From contig CAZQRA010000005.1 in assembly GCA_964595575.1 (NCBI GenBank), positions 542-64,541 on the forward strand: a DNA stretch of 64,000 nt. Direction: 5' to 3'. Numbering within the stretch: the first letter of the stretch is position 1; every line of letters starts with the position of its first letter. The notes beneath the pieces are model-generated. The model had not been told where the DNA came from. It worked only from the letters and a program-made list of their open reading frames with translations, and ran no database searches. Shown here in pieces: positions 42,010 through 58,383 of this stretch. This DNA comes from an uncultured Gaiellales bacterium. Lineage in GTDB: Bacteria; Actinomycetota; Thermoleophilia; Gaiellales; Gaiellaceae. Position numbers and translations under genes: made by a program.

Positions 42010-43452
42010 CTAGGCCGCCACCCGTCCGTTCCTTCGCATCCTGGCCCGGGAGACGGCGGCCAGCTTGTTCGTGGCATCGAGGGCGGCCACCTTGTAGGCC
42101 TCGGCCAGGGTGGGGTAGTTGAACACCGCCTCCACCAGGAAGTCGACCGTCGTCCCCGCCGCCATCATGGCTTGGCCGATGTGGACGAGCTCGGTCGCCC
42201 CCGTGCCGAAGACGTGCACGCCCAGGATGGTTCGCTCCTCGGCGTGGACGAGGAGCTTGAGGAGCCCCACCTCCTGGCCCAAGATCGTGGAGCGGGCCAG
42301 CTCCCGGTGGCGGGCGAGGCCGACCTCGTAGGGTACGGCCTCGTCGGTGAGGCTCTCCTCGGTCCTGCCCACGAAGCTGATTTCGGGGATGGCGTAGATG
42401 CCGATCGGGACGAGCTCGGGGAAGGGGCGCGCGGCCACGCCGAAGGCGTAGCAGGCAGCCAGCCGCCCCTCCTCCATAGCGGTGGCCGCCAGGGTGGGAA
42501 ACCCGATCACGTCCCCGGCCGCGAAGATGTGCTTGACGCAGGTGCGGTACCTGTCGTCAACGGCGATCCGGCCCCGCTCGTCGGCCGCGAGTCCCGCTCG
42601 CTCCAAGTCGAGCTCCTCGGTAGCGCCCTGCCGCCCGGCCGAGTAGAGCACGGCGTCGGCCAGGATGCAGGTCCCGCTCTCCAGAATCGTCATCGTCCCT
42701 TCAGGACATCGCTCCACCGCCGTCACCCGCTCCCGGAAGCGGAAGGAGACGCCGAGGTCGCGCATGTGGTACTGGAGCGCCTCCACGATCTGGAGGTCGC
42801 AGAAGTCGAGCAGCCGCTCCCGCGCCTCGATCACCGTCACCTTGGTGCCCAAGGCAGCGAAGGTCGAGGCGTACTCGATCCCGATCACCCCGCCGCCGAC
42901 GACGACGAGGGAGGAGGGGATGCGGTCGATCTCGAGCAGGCCGTCCGAGTCCAGGATGGTCCTGTCGTCGAACTCGACCGTGGGCGGGCGGGCCGGCTTG
43001 GTGCCGGTCGCGACGAGGATGTAGCGGCCCCGCAGCCGGCGCTCCTCGCCGTGCCTGCCCACCACGACCAGGGTGTGGGGATCGAGGAAGCGGGCGGTGC
43101 CGATGACGATGGCGACGCGGTTGCGGGCGAGCTGGTGGTGGACGACGTCCATCTCCCGCTTGACCACCTCTTGCGTCCGCCACCGCAGGTCCTCGATCGT
43201 GATCTCGTCCTTCACCCGGTAGCTGGCCCCGTAGAGGGAGCGCTGGGTCAGCCCCGTCAGGTAGAGGGCGGCCTCGCGCAGGGTCTTGGAGGGGATGGTG
43301 CCCGTCCTCGTGCACACCCCTCCCACCCAGCGGGGCCGATCGATCACCGCCACCCGCTTTCCCAGCTTGGCGGCCTGGATCGCCGCCTTCTGCCCGGCCG
43401 GGCCGGAGCCGATGACGAGGAGGTCGTAGTCGTACCCGCGGGAAGAGCTCAC
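42010..43452 (-). CDS. sthA: soluble pyridine nucleotide transhydrogenase (SthA-like flavoprotein)
   Basis: FAD motif [26 protein letters not shown] has Thr in place of the second redox Cys of lipoamide dehydrogenase, as in SthA. NAD motif [12 protein letters not shown] and a C-terminal dimerisation domain. Confidence 0.75.
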   Translation of the reverse strand: MSSSRGYDYDLLVIGSGPAGQKAAIQAAKLGKRVAVIDRPRWVGGVCTRTGTIPSKTLREAALYLTGLTQRSLYGASYRVKDEITIEDLRWRTQEVVKREMDVVHHQLARNRVAIVIGTARFLDPHTLVVVGRHGEERRLRGRYILVATGTKPARPPTVEFDDRTILDSDGLLEIDRIPSSLVVVGGGVIGIEYASTFAALGTKVTVIEARERLLDFCDLQIVEALQYHMRDLGVSFRFRERVTAVERCPEGTMTILESGTCILADAVLYSAGRQGATEELDLERAGLAADERGRIAVDDRYRTCVKHIFAAGDVIGFPTLAATAMEEGRLAACYAFGVAARPFPELVPIGIYAIPEISFVGRTEESLTDEAVPYEVGLARHRELARSTILGQEVGLLKLLVHAEERTILGVHVFGTGATELVHIGQAMMAAGTTVDFLVEAVFNYPTLAEAYKVAALDATNKLAAVSRARMRRNGRVAA

Positions 43453-43492
43453 GCCGCCGGTATCGGCCGCGACCAGGCCGGATTGAGCCTGC

Positions 43493-45295
43493 CTACCCGA
43501 GCTGGCGATCGAGGTTGAAGGCCGCGCTGATGAGGGCGAGGTGGGTGAAGGCCTGGGGGAAGTTGCCCAGGGCCTCCCCGGTGGGCCCGATCTCCTCCGA
43601 GTAGAGCCCCAGGTGGTTGGCGTACGTCAGCATCTTCTCGAAGGCAAGCCGAGCCTCCTCCAGCCGCCCTGCCCGGGCCAGGGCCTCCACGTACCAGAAG
43701 GAGCAGATCGAGAAGGTGCCCTCCTTCCCTGCCAGCCCGTCTGGCGAGGCCTCCACGTTGTAGCGGTGGACGAGGGAGTCGGAGACGAGCTCCCTGCCGA
43801 TGGCATCCAGGGTGGAGAGCCAGCGGGGATCGGTGGGGGCGACGAACTTGGTCAGGGGCATGAGGAGGAGCGAGGCGTCGAGCACGTCGGCGTCGTAGCG
43901 CTGGACGAACGCCCGCCGGGTCTCGCTCCAGCCCCGATCCATGATCTGGTGGTAGATGGCGTCCCGGGCGGCGAGCCACCGCACGAGATCGCCGGGGAGG
44001 CCGCGCTGGCGGGCGATGCGGATCGCTCGCTCCAAGGCCACCCAGCACATGAGCCGGGAGTAGGTGAAGTGCTTGCGGCCGCCCCGCACCTCCCAGATCC
44101 CCTCGTCCGCCTGGTCCCAGTGGTCACACACCCACTCCACCATGCGCACGAGGTCCATCCAGGCATCGTGGGAGATGGGGGCGCTGTACTTGTTGGCCAG
44201 GTAGACCGAGTCGATCAGCTCCCCGTAGATGTCGAGCTGGAGCTGGTGGGCGGCTGCGTTGCCTACCCGGACAGGACGCGAGCCGCGGTAGCCCTCCAGG
44301 TGGTCGAGGGTGGTCTCGGCCACGTCCACGCCCCCGTCCACGCGGTACAGGACCCGCAGGGGCCCGGCCGGGTGCTCGCTACCCTCTCGAAACCGATCGG
44401 TGAGCCAGGCGATGAAGGCCTGGGCCTCCTCGGTGAAGCCGAGCCTGAGGAGGGCGTACAGGGAGAAGGCGGCGTCGCGGATCCAGGTGTAGCGGTAGTC
44501 CCAGTTGCGGTCGCCTCCGATCGCCTCGGGCAGGCTGGTGGTGGGAGCGGCCACGATGGCCCCCGTGGGCCGGTAGGTGAGGAGCTTGAGGGTGAGGGCA
44601 GAGCGGTGGACCATCTCCCGCCAGCGGCCCCGGTAGCGCGACTGGGCAAGCCACCGCCGCCAGTAGCCGATAGTGTCCTCGAAGGCCTGCCTCGTCTCCC
44701 GCTCGGAGTAGGGATGGGGGACGTAGCCCTCTTCCGCTCGCTCGAGCACGAAGGTGGCGCTGTCCCCCGCCGTCAGCGCTAGCTCGGCGACGGCCCCTTG
44801 CTCCGTGCGCCTGAACCGGCAGGGCCCGTGCAGGGCCAGGCAGAGGCTGGGCGAGCGGAAGAGCACGCCGTGCTCGACCACCTCGGCTCGGTGAGCTTGG
44901 CGGCCGTAGTCGAAGCGGGGCTCGACCTCCACCCGGAAGACCATCTCCCCTCGCACCTGGACGAGTCGACGGACGAGCCGGTGCTTGTGAGCCTCCTCCC
45001 CGCTGGCGGCGATGGGCATGAAGTCCTCGACCTCCCCCACCCCCTGGGGATGGAGGAAGCGGGTGATGAGCACGTTCGTGTCCGGGAAGTAGAGCTGCTT
45101 CACGGCGTAGGGATCGTGGGCGGGGGCGATCCGGAAGTAGCCGCCCTTGCGCTTGTCCAGGATGGCCGCGAAGACGCTGGGGGAGTCGAAGCGGGGGCAG
45201 CAGTACCAGTCGATGGTGCCGTCGGTGCCGACCAAGGCCACCGTGTGGAGGTCTCCGATCACCCCGTGCTCGGCGATCGGGAGGTAGTCGCGCAC
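43493..45295 (-). CDS. glycoside hydrolase family 15 protein (glucoamylase/trehalase-like)
   Basis: GTG 45295. [43 protein letters not shown]... and the catalytic-domain pattern [14 protein letters not shown]...EGIWE...SLLLMPL. Confidence 0.85.
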   Translation of the reverse strand: MRDYLPIAEHGVIGDLHTVALVGTDGTIDWYCCPRFDSPSVFAAILDKRKGGYFRIAPAHDPYAVKQLYFPDTNVLITRFLHPQGVGEVEDFMPIAASGEEAHKHRLVRRLVQVRGEMVFRVEVEPRFDYGRQAHRAEVVEHGVLFRSPSLCLALHGPCRFRRTEQGAVAELALTAGDSATFVLERAEEGYVPHPYSERETRQAFEDTIGYWRRWLAQSRYRGRWREMVHRSALTLKLLTYRPTGAIVAAPTTSLPEAIGGDRNWDYRYTWIRDAAFSLYALLRLGFTEEAQAFIAWLTDRFREGSEHPAGPLRVLYRVDGGVDVAETTLDHLEGYRGSRPVRVGNAAAHQLQLDIYGELIDSVYLANKYSAPISHDAWMDLVRMVEWVCDHWDQADEGIWEVRGGRKHFTYSRLMCWVALERAIRIARQRGLPGDLVRWLAARDAIYHQIMDRGWSETRRAFVQRYDADVLDASLLLMPLTKFVAPTDPRWLSTLDAIGRELVSDSLVHRYNVEASPDGLAGKEGTFSICSFWYVEALARAGRLEEARLAFEKMLTYANHLGLYSEEIGPTGEALGNFPQAFTHLALISAAFNLDRQLG

Positions 45296-45306
45296 GGAGG
45301 GGGAGC

Positions 45307-51706
<6,400 letters not shown>

Positions 51707-51710
51707 GAGA

Positions 51711-51730
51711 GGCGGAGCCTTCGCTCCGCC
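51711..51730 (-). terminator. perfect 8-bp/4-nt-loop hairpin between pth and mfd
   Basis: GGCGGAGC-cttc-GCTCCGCC, 38 nt after the pth stop and 5 nt before the mfd start codon. No T-tract. Confidence 0.4.
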
Positions 51731-51767
51731 GCCCCCAGTCTAGTTCTCCCTCGTGGGGGCTCCTCGC

Positions 51768-52361
51768 TCAGTTGAACCGCCGTTGGGCTGCCTCGAGGCC
51801 CTCGGCGGCGATCGTCTCCACCGCGTCCGCCGCCCGCGAGACGAGCGCGTCCACGTCCGTCTCGGGCGAGAACTCCGACAAGACGTAGTCAGCCAGCGAG
51901 CGCGGGTCCCCCCGGCCGGGGCGACCTACCCCGATTCGGAGGCGCATGAAGTCGCGGGTGCCAAGCGCCTCGGCGATCGAGCGCAGGCCGTTGTGCCCGG
52001 CTAGACCGCCCCCCAGCCGAGCCTGGAGCCTGCCCTCCTCCAGGTCGACGTCGTCGTGAACGACGAGGAGGAAGGCGGGCGCCACCCGGTAGAAGCGGAC
52101 GGCGGCCCCCACCGAGCGACCGGACTCGTTCATGTACGTCTCCGGCTTGAGCAGGGCCAGGCGTCGATCGGCGACGACGATCTCGCTCACCTTGCCCGAG
52201 AACTTGGGTCGGAAGGAGCCCCCGTGCCTTCGGGCGAGCTCGTCCGCCACCAAGAACCCGGCGTTGTGGCGGGTGCGCGCGTACTCCTCGCCGGGGTTCC
52301 CCAAGCCGGCCACGAGCAAGTCGAGGGTCGGAGCGGGGACGCCCCGACGGAGGAGGCGCAC
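51768..52361 (-). CDS. pth: peptidyl-tRNA hydrolase
   Basis: LLVAGLGNPGEEYARTRHNAGF, plus VVHDDVDL and GGGLAGHNGLRSI. Confidence 0.93.
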   Translation of the reverse strand: MRLLRRGVPAPTLDLLVAGLGNPGEEYARTRHNAGFLVADELARRHGGSFRPKFSGKVSEIVVADRRLALLKPETYMNESGRSVGAAVRFYRVAPAFLLVVHDDVDLEEGRLQARLGGGLAGHNGLRSIAEALGTRDFMRLRIGVGRPGRGDPRSLADYVLSEFSPETDVDALVSRAADAVETIAAEGLEAAQRRFN

Positions 52362-53042
52362 CTACCCCTCGGGAGCCAGGCCGGCCTCGCCGGCCTCCTC
52401 TTCCTCCTCGGCCGGCGGCGGGGCGGACGCCTCGGCCACCTCCACCGCCTCCTCGACCACCGGAGCCTCCACCGCCCGGCGGGGAGCGGCCACCGAGGCC
52501 AGGATGGCATCGGGGTCATCCAGGACCCTGACCCCCTCGGGCACCTGGAGGTCGGCGACTCGGGCCGACTGTCCCACCCCTAGGCTGCTCACGTCCAGGA
52601 CGAGGGTGTCCGGCACCGACTGGGGGAGCGCCTCCACGCTCACCTCCCGGACGAGCTGGGTGAGCACGCCCCCGGCGCGCACGCCCGGCGAGTCTCCCAC
52701 GAGCTCGACCGCTACCGAGGCGTGGATCGGCCGGTCGAGCCGCACCTCCTGGAGGTCGACGTGGACGATGCGACCTCGCAGGGGATCGCGCTGTACCTCC
52801 TTGACGACGGAGGGACGCGCCGTCTTCTGGCCGTCCAGGACGACGTCGAGGATGGCGTGGAGCCCGTGCGCCCCCGACAGGGCGACCGTCAGGTCGCGCT
52901 CGGGGATGGCGATCGGGTGCGGCTTGCGCCCCCGCCCGTAGATCACCCCCGGGATCAGCCCCTGGCGGCGGAGGCGGCGCGACTCCCGCGAGCCGAGCTT
53001 GCTGCGCTGGAGCACGGTGAGACGAACTCGCTCGTCGGCCAC
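52362..53042 (-). CDS. rplY: 50S ribosomal protein L25 / general stress protein Ctc
   Basis: LRRQGLIPGVIYG...VQRDPLRGRIVHVDLQEV with the acidic C-terminal extension typical of Ctc-type L25. The stop abuts the pth start. Confidence 0.9.
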   Translation of the reverse strand: MADERVRLTVLQRSKLGSRESRRLRRQGLIPGVIYGRGRKPHPIAIPERDLTVALSGAHGLHAILDVVLDGQKTARPSVVKEVQRDPLRGRIVHVDLQEVRLDRPIHASVAVELVGDSPGVRAGGVLTQLVREVSVEALPQSVPDTLVLDVSSLGVGQSARVADLQVPEGVRVLDDPDAILASVAAPRRAVEAPVVEEAVEVAEASAPPPAEEEEEAGEAGLAPEG

Positions 53043-53050
53043 GGCGGCCG

Positions 53051-53056
53051 ATTGTA
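53051..53056 (-). promoter_or_regulatory. -10 box TACAAT, 8 nt before the L25 GTG (leaderless-type promoter)
   Basis: Minus strand reads TACAAT-cggccgcc-GTG(53042), with no Shine-Dalgarno sequence. Confidence 0.4.
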
Positions 53057-53082
53057 GCTGGCACCGGGAGGCGCGCGGCCGG

Positions 53083-54141
53083 CTAGAAGAGCTGGTACTC
53101 CCCTCCGAAGATGGCGGACACCGACTCGTCGGCGAACACGTTCATGATCGTCTCGGCGAGAAGGCCGGAGATGGAGAGCACGGTCATGGTCGGGGGCCGC
53201 CGCAGGAGGTCGATGGGCACCGTGTCGGTGACGACGATCCCGGCCAGGTCGGCGGCGGCGAACCGCTCGAGAGCCCCCTCGCTGAAGAGGGCGTGGGTAG
53301 CGAACAGCCATACCTCCTTGGCCCCGTGCTCGAGGAGGGCGCGGGCCCCGGCAAGGAGGGTGCCTCCCGTCATGATGACGTCGTCGCCGACGATGGCCAC
53401 CCGGTCGCGCACCCGGCCGGTGATCTCGGTCACCGACGCCTTGTCGTGCTCCGGCCGGGTCTTGTGCATGATCGCCCAGGGAGCCTCGATCATCTCGGCG
53501 AAGCGGATCGCGTGCTTGGCTCGACCGGCGTCGGGGGCGACCGACACCACCCCGTCCCCCCGCAACCCGAGGTCGCGGAAGTGGCGGGCGAAGAGAGGCA
53601 AGGCGGTCATGTGGTCGACGGGGATGGTGAAGAACCCCTGGATCTGGCCGGCGTGGAGGTCCATGGTGAGGATGCGGTCGGCTCCGGCCAGCTGGATCAT
53701 GTCGGCGACTAGACGGGCGGAGATGGGCTCGCGGGGCTTGGCCTTGCGATCCTGGCGGGAGTAGGGAAACCAGGGCACGACGGCGGTGATCCTCTTGGCA
53801 GAGGCGAGCTTGGCCGCCTGGATCATGAGCAAGAGCTCCATGACGTTGCGATCCACCGGCTCGCACCCCGTCTGCACGATGAAGACGTCGGCGCCCCGGA
53901 TCGACTCGCAGTAGCGGCAGTACGTCTCGCCGTTGGCGAAGGTCTTCAGCTCTACCTCTCCCAGCTCCACGCCCAGGCGCTCGGCGATGCGCTCGGCCAG
54001 CTCGGGGTGGGAGCGCCCGGAGAAGACCATGAGGCGCTTCTGGGGACCCCGCTCGAGCCAGTGGTTCGGGTTCACCTCCACCCTCTCCCGGCGCAGGTCG
54101 AAGCCGGGGAGGCGGACGACCTCAGGCGCCGCGCTTTCCAC
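53083..54141 (-). CDS. prs: ribose-phosphate pyrophosphokinase
   Basis: LMVFSGRSHPELAERIA, SRQDRK, PRPP loop IVGDDVIMTGGTL. GTG 54141 is preceded by AAGGAGG at 9 nt (inside the glmU 3' end). Later GTGs at 54081/54075 lack a spaced RBS. Confidence 0.9.
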   Translation of the reverse strand: MESAAPEVVRLPGFDLRRERVEVNPNHWLERGPQKRLMVFSGRSHPELAERIAERLGVELGEVELKTFANGETYCRYCESIRGADVFIVQTGCEPVDRNVMELLLMIQAAKLASAKRITAVVPWFPYSRQDRKAKPREPISARLVADMIQLAGADRILTMDLHAGQIQGFFTIPVDHMTALPLFARHFRDLGLRGDGVVSVAPDAGRAKHAIRFAEMIEAPWAIMHKTRPEHDKASVTEITGRVRDRVAIVGDDVIMTGGTLLAGARALLEHGAKEVWLFATHALFSEGALERFAAADLAGIVVTDTVPIDLLRRPPTMTVLSISGLLAETIMNVFADESVSAIFGGEYQLF

Positions 54142-55456
54142 GGACGTATCCCTCCTTGTTCACCTGCCGAGCACGAGCGATGGCGAGAGCGCCAGGCGGC
54201 ACGTCCTCGGTGATCACCGAGCCTGCCGCCACCCACGCATTATCTCCGATGGTGACCGGGGCAATGAAGGAATTGTCTACGCCGGTCCTGACGTTGCGGC
54301 CGATGCGGGTTCGCTGCTTGCCCCGGCCCCTCTCGTGAGGGAGGTTGGCGGTAATCGCCCCGGCCCCGATATTGGTGTCCTCGCCGATGTCGGCGTCCCC
54401 GATGTAGGAAAGGTGCGGCACCTTGGCGCGCTCGCCGATGCGCGAGTTCTTGACCTCCACGAAGGCCCCTGCTTTGGCCCCGGCCGAGAGCACCGTGCCC
54501 GGGCGCAGGTAGCAGAAGGGTCCCACGACCGCTCCCGGCCCCACCTCGGCGTCGACCACCACGGCGTGGGGCCCGATCTCGGCCCTGGTGGCGATGCGGG
54601 TCTTGCCTCGAATGACCGTGAACGGGTGCACGATCGCGTCGGGGGCGAGCTCCGCGTCGGCGTCGATCCAGGTGGTGTCCGGGTCGACGATGCCTACCCC
54701 GGCCGCCATGTGGGCCTCGTTGAGTCGTCGGCGGAGAATGGCTGCGGCCGTCGCCAGCTCGGAGCGGGTATTCACCCCCAACGGCTGGAGGGGATCGGGG
54801 GACACGTACGCGGTCGCCCGCCCCCCGGCGGCCAGGATGTGGCCGACCGTGTCGGTGAGGTAGAGCTCCCCCTGGGCGTTCTCTGCCCGAAGGCGCTCGA
54901 GCGCTGGCCACAGGGCGGCGGCGGAGAAGGCGTAGATGGAGCTATTCACCTCCCCCACGGCCAGCTCCTCGGGGGAGGCGTCCGCTGCCTCCACGATGGC
55001 GACCAGGGAGCCGTCCTCGTCCCTGACGATCCGTCCGTACGCTCCCGGGTCGGCCGGGCGGAAGGAAAGGACGGTGGCGTCCGCCCCCGCCCGCCGGTGC
55101 TCGGACACAAGACCCTGGAGAAGCTCGGGGGTGAGAAGGGGGGTATCGCCGGAGAGCACGAGGATGTCTCCCTGGAACCCCTCCAGGACAGCCTTCGCCG
55201 CCCGCGCCGCGTCCCCGGTCCCGAGCGGGCGCTCCTGGACTGCCACCGTCGCCCCTTCCAGGTCGAGGAGAGCCTCCCTCGTCTCGGGGGAGGAGACGAC
55301 GACCAACGGTCGGGGCGCGAGCGGGCGAGCTGCCTCTACGACCCAATCCACCAAGCGGCGGCCGAGGAGGGGGTGCAAGTGCTTGGGTACGGCCGATCGC
55401 ATGCGCGTGCCCAGGCCTGCCGCCAGGACGATGGCTGCCAACGGGCGCGATCTCAT
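54122..55456 (-). CDS. glmU: bifunctional UDP-N-acetylglucosamine diphosphorylase / glucosamine-1-phosphate N-acetyltransferase
   Basis: N-terminal LAAGLGTRMRS nucleotidyltransferase motif, a long left-handed beta-helix hexapeptide-repeat C-terminus, and NYDG-like region replaced by ANLPHERG. Confidence 0.92.
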   Translation of the reverse strand: MRSRPLAAIVLAAGLGTRMRSAVPKHLHPLLGRRLVDWVVEAARPLAPRPLVVVSSPETREALLDLEGATVAVQERPLGTGDAARAAKAVLEGFQGDILVLSGDTPLLTPELLQGLVSEHRRAGADATVLSFRPADPGAYGRIVRDEDGSLVAIVEAADASPEELAVGEVNSSIYAFSAAALWPALERLRAENAQGELYLTDTVGHILAAGGRATAYVSPDPLQPLGVNTRSELATAAAILRRRLNEAHMAAGVGIVDPDTTWIDADAELAPDAIVHPFTVIRGKTRIATRAEIGPHAVVVDAEVGPGAVVGPFCYLRPGTVLSAGAKAGAFVEVKNSRIGERAKVPHLSYIGDADIGEDTNIGAGAITANLPHERGRGKQRTRIGRNVRTGVDNSFIAPVTIGDNAWVAAGSVITEDVPPGALAIARARQVNKEGYVRGKRGA

Positions 55457-55467
55457 CTCGGCCGAAG

Positions 55468-55538
55468 CTGGGGCGCCAGGATTCGAACCTGGGATCGCGG
55501 GACCAAAACCCGCTGCCTTACCGCTTGGCCACGCCCCA
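55468..55538 (-). tRNA. tRNA-Gln (anticodon UUG)
   Basis: Minus strand TGGGGCG-TG-GCC-AAGCGGTAA-GGC-A-GCGGG-TT[TTG]GT-CCCGC-GATC-CCAGG-TTCGAAT-CCTGG-CGCCCCA-G. Folds by eye into a cloverleaf with a 7-bp acceptor, TTCGAAT T-loop and anticodon TTG. The 3' CCA is not encoded. Confidence 0.9.
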
Positions 55539-55631
55539 TCGCCAGTATTGTCGTCAAGCCGCCCTTCCCACGCCCCAGGGCGAAGAGGTTGCGCACGAGG
55601 TCAAGGACATTGTGGCAGCTGCGATGGCGGT

Positions 55632-56036
55632 CTAGCCGCCTCGACGGGCGACCCGATCGGGCCGGTCGTGGAGGAGCAAGAAGAGGCCGATGACCGCGAA
55701 CACCCCCACGAGGACGAGGGCGATCCAGGAGAGGATGACCGCCAGAATGGCGGCCACCACGGCCAGGGCTTGCGACATCGCCAGGATCCAGGAGAGCTCG
55801 CGGGCGATCCGCGTCTCCAGCGTCCGCCCGGCGAGGAGGTAGAAGAGGATGACGGGGATCGCGATCACGATCACCGTGATCCGCGAGAAGTCCTTCTCGA
55901 AGGCAACGACCAGACCCTCGGCGACGGCGATGGCGATCGCCAGCTTGAGCCGGTTCGCCCACAACCAGCTCTGGGGCGAGCGTTCTTGGCGGCCCGGCGT
56001 CCGAGCCGCCCGCTCGGCTGCCTGCTCGTCGCTCAC
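55632..56036 (-). CDS. hypothetical membrane protein (3-4 TM)
   Basis: LKLAIAIAVAEGLVVAF, ITVIVIAIPVILFYLLAG, ALAVVAAILAVILSWIALVLVGVFAVIGLFLLL. Starts 3 nt after the ispE stop. Confidence 0.6.
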   Translation of the reverse strand: MSDEQAAERAARTPGRQERSPQSWLWANRLKLAIAIAVAEGLVVAFEKDFSRITVIVIAIPVILFYLLAGRTLETRIARELSWILAMSQALAVVAAILAVILSWIALVLVGVFAVIGLFLLLHDRPDRVARRGG

Positions 56037-56039
56037 CGG

Positions 56040-56858
56040 TCAACCGTACCACGCGGGCGCGACGACCCAGGTCCGACCGAGCCGGCTAAGCCGGGCGGCG
56101 GCCTGCCTCGCCTGCGGGAGCTCCTCGAACAGCCCGTAGACGACCGGCCCGGCACCGCTCACGTCGGCCCGAAAGGCTCCCAGAGCGCGCAAGGCGTCGG
56201 CGTGGGGCGAGGAGGCAAGGTCGTTGGCGGGGAGGGAGGCGAGGTCGCGAGGCTCGCGGACCGAGGCGAGGGCCTCGAGCAGGGCGTGCCTGCGCTCGGC
56301 GAACCCCAGGTAGCCCTGCCGCCGGTCGAGCTCCTCGTACACCGCAGCTGTGGACACCTTGACCGCCCCCCGGGGGAGCAGGAGGACGACCCAGTAGTCC
56401 TGCGGGAGATCGAGGGGGCTGAGCACGCTCCCGTCGCCCTGGCCGAGCTGGGGGCCGGGCGAGAGGAAGAACGGGAGGTCGGCCCCCAGCCGCGCGGCCA
56501 GCCTCTCTAGCTCCCGGCCGGCCAGGGGACGCGGCAAGGTCTCGTTGGCCAGGCGGAGGGCGGTGGCGGCGTCGGAGCTCCCTCCACCCAGGCCCCCGGC
56601 CACGGGGATGCGCTTCTCGATGCGCACCGTCCAGCCCGGCGCCACCCCCGCCTCCCGAGCGAGGAGCTCGAGGGCCCTGGTGACCAGGGTATCGTCCGGG
56701 AACCCGGCGACGCGCAGTCGCAGGGAGGGCGAGAGCGCGACGCGGTCGCAGAGATCGACCCGCTGGTAGACGGTTACGACCTCGTGCTTTCCGTCCGGCC
56801 GCCGCGGCCCCACGACCAGGGCGAGGTTGATCTTGGCCGGAGCAGGACGCTCGCTCAC
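56040..56858 (-). CDS. ispE: 4-diphosphocytidyl-2-C-methyl-D-erythritol kinase
   Basis: PAKINLALVV, and GHMP kinase motif IPVAGGLGGGSSDAAA. GTGA overlap with rsmA. Confidence 0.9.
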   Translation of the reverse strand: MSERPAPAKINLALVVGPRRPDGKHEVVTVYQRVDLCDRVALSPSLRLRVAGFPDDTLVTRALELLAREAGVAPGWTVRIEKRIPVAGGLGGGSSDAATALRLANETLPRPLAGRELERLAARLGADLPFFLSPGPQLGQGDGSVLSPLDLPQDYWVVLLLPRGAVKVSTAAVYEELDRRQGYLGFAERRHALLEALASVREPRDLASLPANDLASSPHADALRALGAFRADVSGAGPVVYGLFEELPQARQAAARLSRLGRTWVVAPAWYG

Positions 56859-57640
56859 GGAAGGAGGCGGGCGAGCTTCACGAGCTCTTGGGGAGAGAGC
56901 CCTTCCGCCCGCATCGAGGAGGAGAGCCCGAGGGTAGCGAGGGCCCGAGCTGCCCGCTCCCGATCGCAGAAGCCCGCCTGCTCCAGCGAGTTAGGGAGCG
57001 TCTTTCGCCGGTGGGAGAAGGCGGCCTCGACCAGGGCCTTCACCCGGGGCCAGTCTGGGGGAAGGCACCGGCGCCGGAAGGCGACGAGGGCCGAGTCGAC
57101 GCGAGGTCGAGGTCGAAACACCTCCCGGGAGACGGGGTGGAAGCCGGTCTTCTCGGCCGCAAGCTGGATGAGCACGGACACGGCGCCGTAGGCCTTGCTC
57201 CCAGGCTGAGCGAAGAGCCGCTCCGCGATCTCCCTCTGCACCATGACGCACCACACCTCGATCGTCGGCATCCGCTCGATCGTGTCCATGATCACGGGCA
57301 CGGCCACGTTGTAGGGGAGGTTGGAGACCAGCTTGGTCGGTGGCGGATCGAGGGAGCTGGGATCGAGGGAGAGAGCGTCCCGGAAGAGAAGGCGGACGTT
57401 GGCGCACCCGCGAAGCGCTGCCTCCAAGTGGGGCTCTAGCGAGCGATCGATCTCGACCGCGTACACGACCCCCACCCGGCAGGCCAGGAACTGGGTCAGC
57501 GCGCCCAGCCCCGGCCCTACCTCGAGCACGACGTCCTCGCTCCCGAGGTCAGCCAGCCGCTCGATGACCCGCAGGATGTTGGGGTCGACCAAGAAGTGCT
57601 GGCCTAGCCCATGCTTGGGAGCTACCGGCAGCCGGCTCAT
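56855..57640 (-). CDS. rsmA: 16S rRNA (adenine1518/1519-N6)-dimethyltransferase
   Basis: ATG 57640: GLGQHFLVDPNIL, SAM motif VLEVGPGLGALT, plus VSNLPYNV. ATGA overlap with tatD. Confidence 0.92.
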   Translation of the reverse strand: MSRLPVAPKHGLGQHFLVDPNILRVIERLADLGSEDVVLEVGPGLGALTQFLACRVGVVYAVEIDRSLEPHLEAALRGCANVRLLFRDALSLDPSSLDPPPTKLVSNLPYNVAVPVIMDTIERMPTIEVWCVMVQREIAERLFAQPGSKAYGAVSVLIQLAAEKTGFHPVSREVFRPRPRVDSALVAFRRRCLPPDWPRVKALVEAAFSHRRKTLPNSLEQAGFCDRERAARALATLGLSSSMRAEGLSPQELVKLARLLP

Positions 57641-58383
57641 GGAAGCCCGAAGGCGGCCCTGGCGTTGGCGTCGATGCGGACGGCGAGCTCCTCGAGGCTC
57701 TCCTCCAGAAGCGCAGCCAGGGCGCGTAGGGTATGGACGAGGAAGGCGGGCTCGTTCGGACGGCCGCGGACAGGCTGGGGGGCGAGGTAGGGGCTGTCCG
57801 TCTCGACCAAGAGCTTGCCGGCGGGGACGAGCGTCGCTGCCCGTCTCAGATCGTTTGCCCGCGGGTAGGTGAGGTTGCCGGCGAAGGAGACGTAGTAGCC
57901 CCGCTCCAGCGCCACGGGGAAAAGCTCCTGCTCCGAGAAGCAGTGGAGGACAACCGTCCCCTGGAAGCCGGCCAGGGCGGAGGCGGTGTCCTTGGCCGCT
58001 CCCCGGCTGTGGACGACGACAGGCAGAGACAGCTCGCCGGCCAAGGCAAGCTGGGCCTCGAGCAAGGCGCGCTGGGCGCCGGCAGGCGCGACCCCGCGGA
58101 CGTAGTCGAGGCCTGTCTCCCCCACCGCCACCACCCGCTCGTGGCGAAGGAGACGGTGGAGCTGCGGCAGCCATTCCTCCCCGCATGCTCCTGCTTGGTG
58201 GGGGTGGACGCCTAGCGCGCAGAACACCCCCGCGTTGCGCTCGGCCAGGGCGAGGGTGGCCCGGCACGAGTCGAGCCCCGATCCCACCGCGATCACCCGC
58301 GTGACCCCAGCCGCGCGGGCGCGCTCGAGGACCTCGGGGACGCGCTCGCCGTACGCGTCCAGGTGAGCGTGGGTGTCGATCAC
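57637..58383 (-). CDS. tatD: TatD-family metal-dependent hydrolase
   Basis: GTG 58383: VIDTHAHLD, GVHPH, AVGETGLDY, VVVHSR, HCFS, and LLVETDSPYL. Confidence 0.9.
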   Translation of the reverse strand: MIDTHAHLDAYGERVPEVLERARAAGVTRVIAVGSGLDSCRATLALAERNAGVFCALGVHPHQAGACGEEWLPQLHRLLRHERVVAVGETGLDYVRGVAPAGAQRALLEAQLALAGELSLPVVVHSRGAAKDTASALAGFQGTVVLHCFSEQELFPVALERGYYVSFAGNLTYPRANDLRRAATLVPAGKLLVETDSPYLAPQPVRGRPNEPAFLVHTLRALAALLEESLEELAVRIDANARAAFGLP

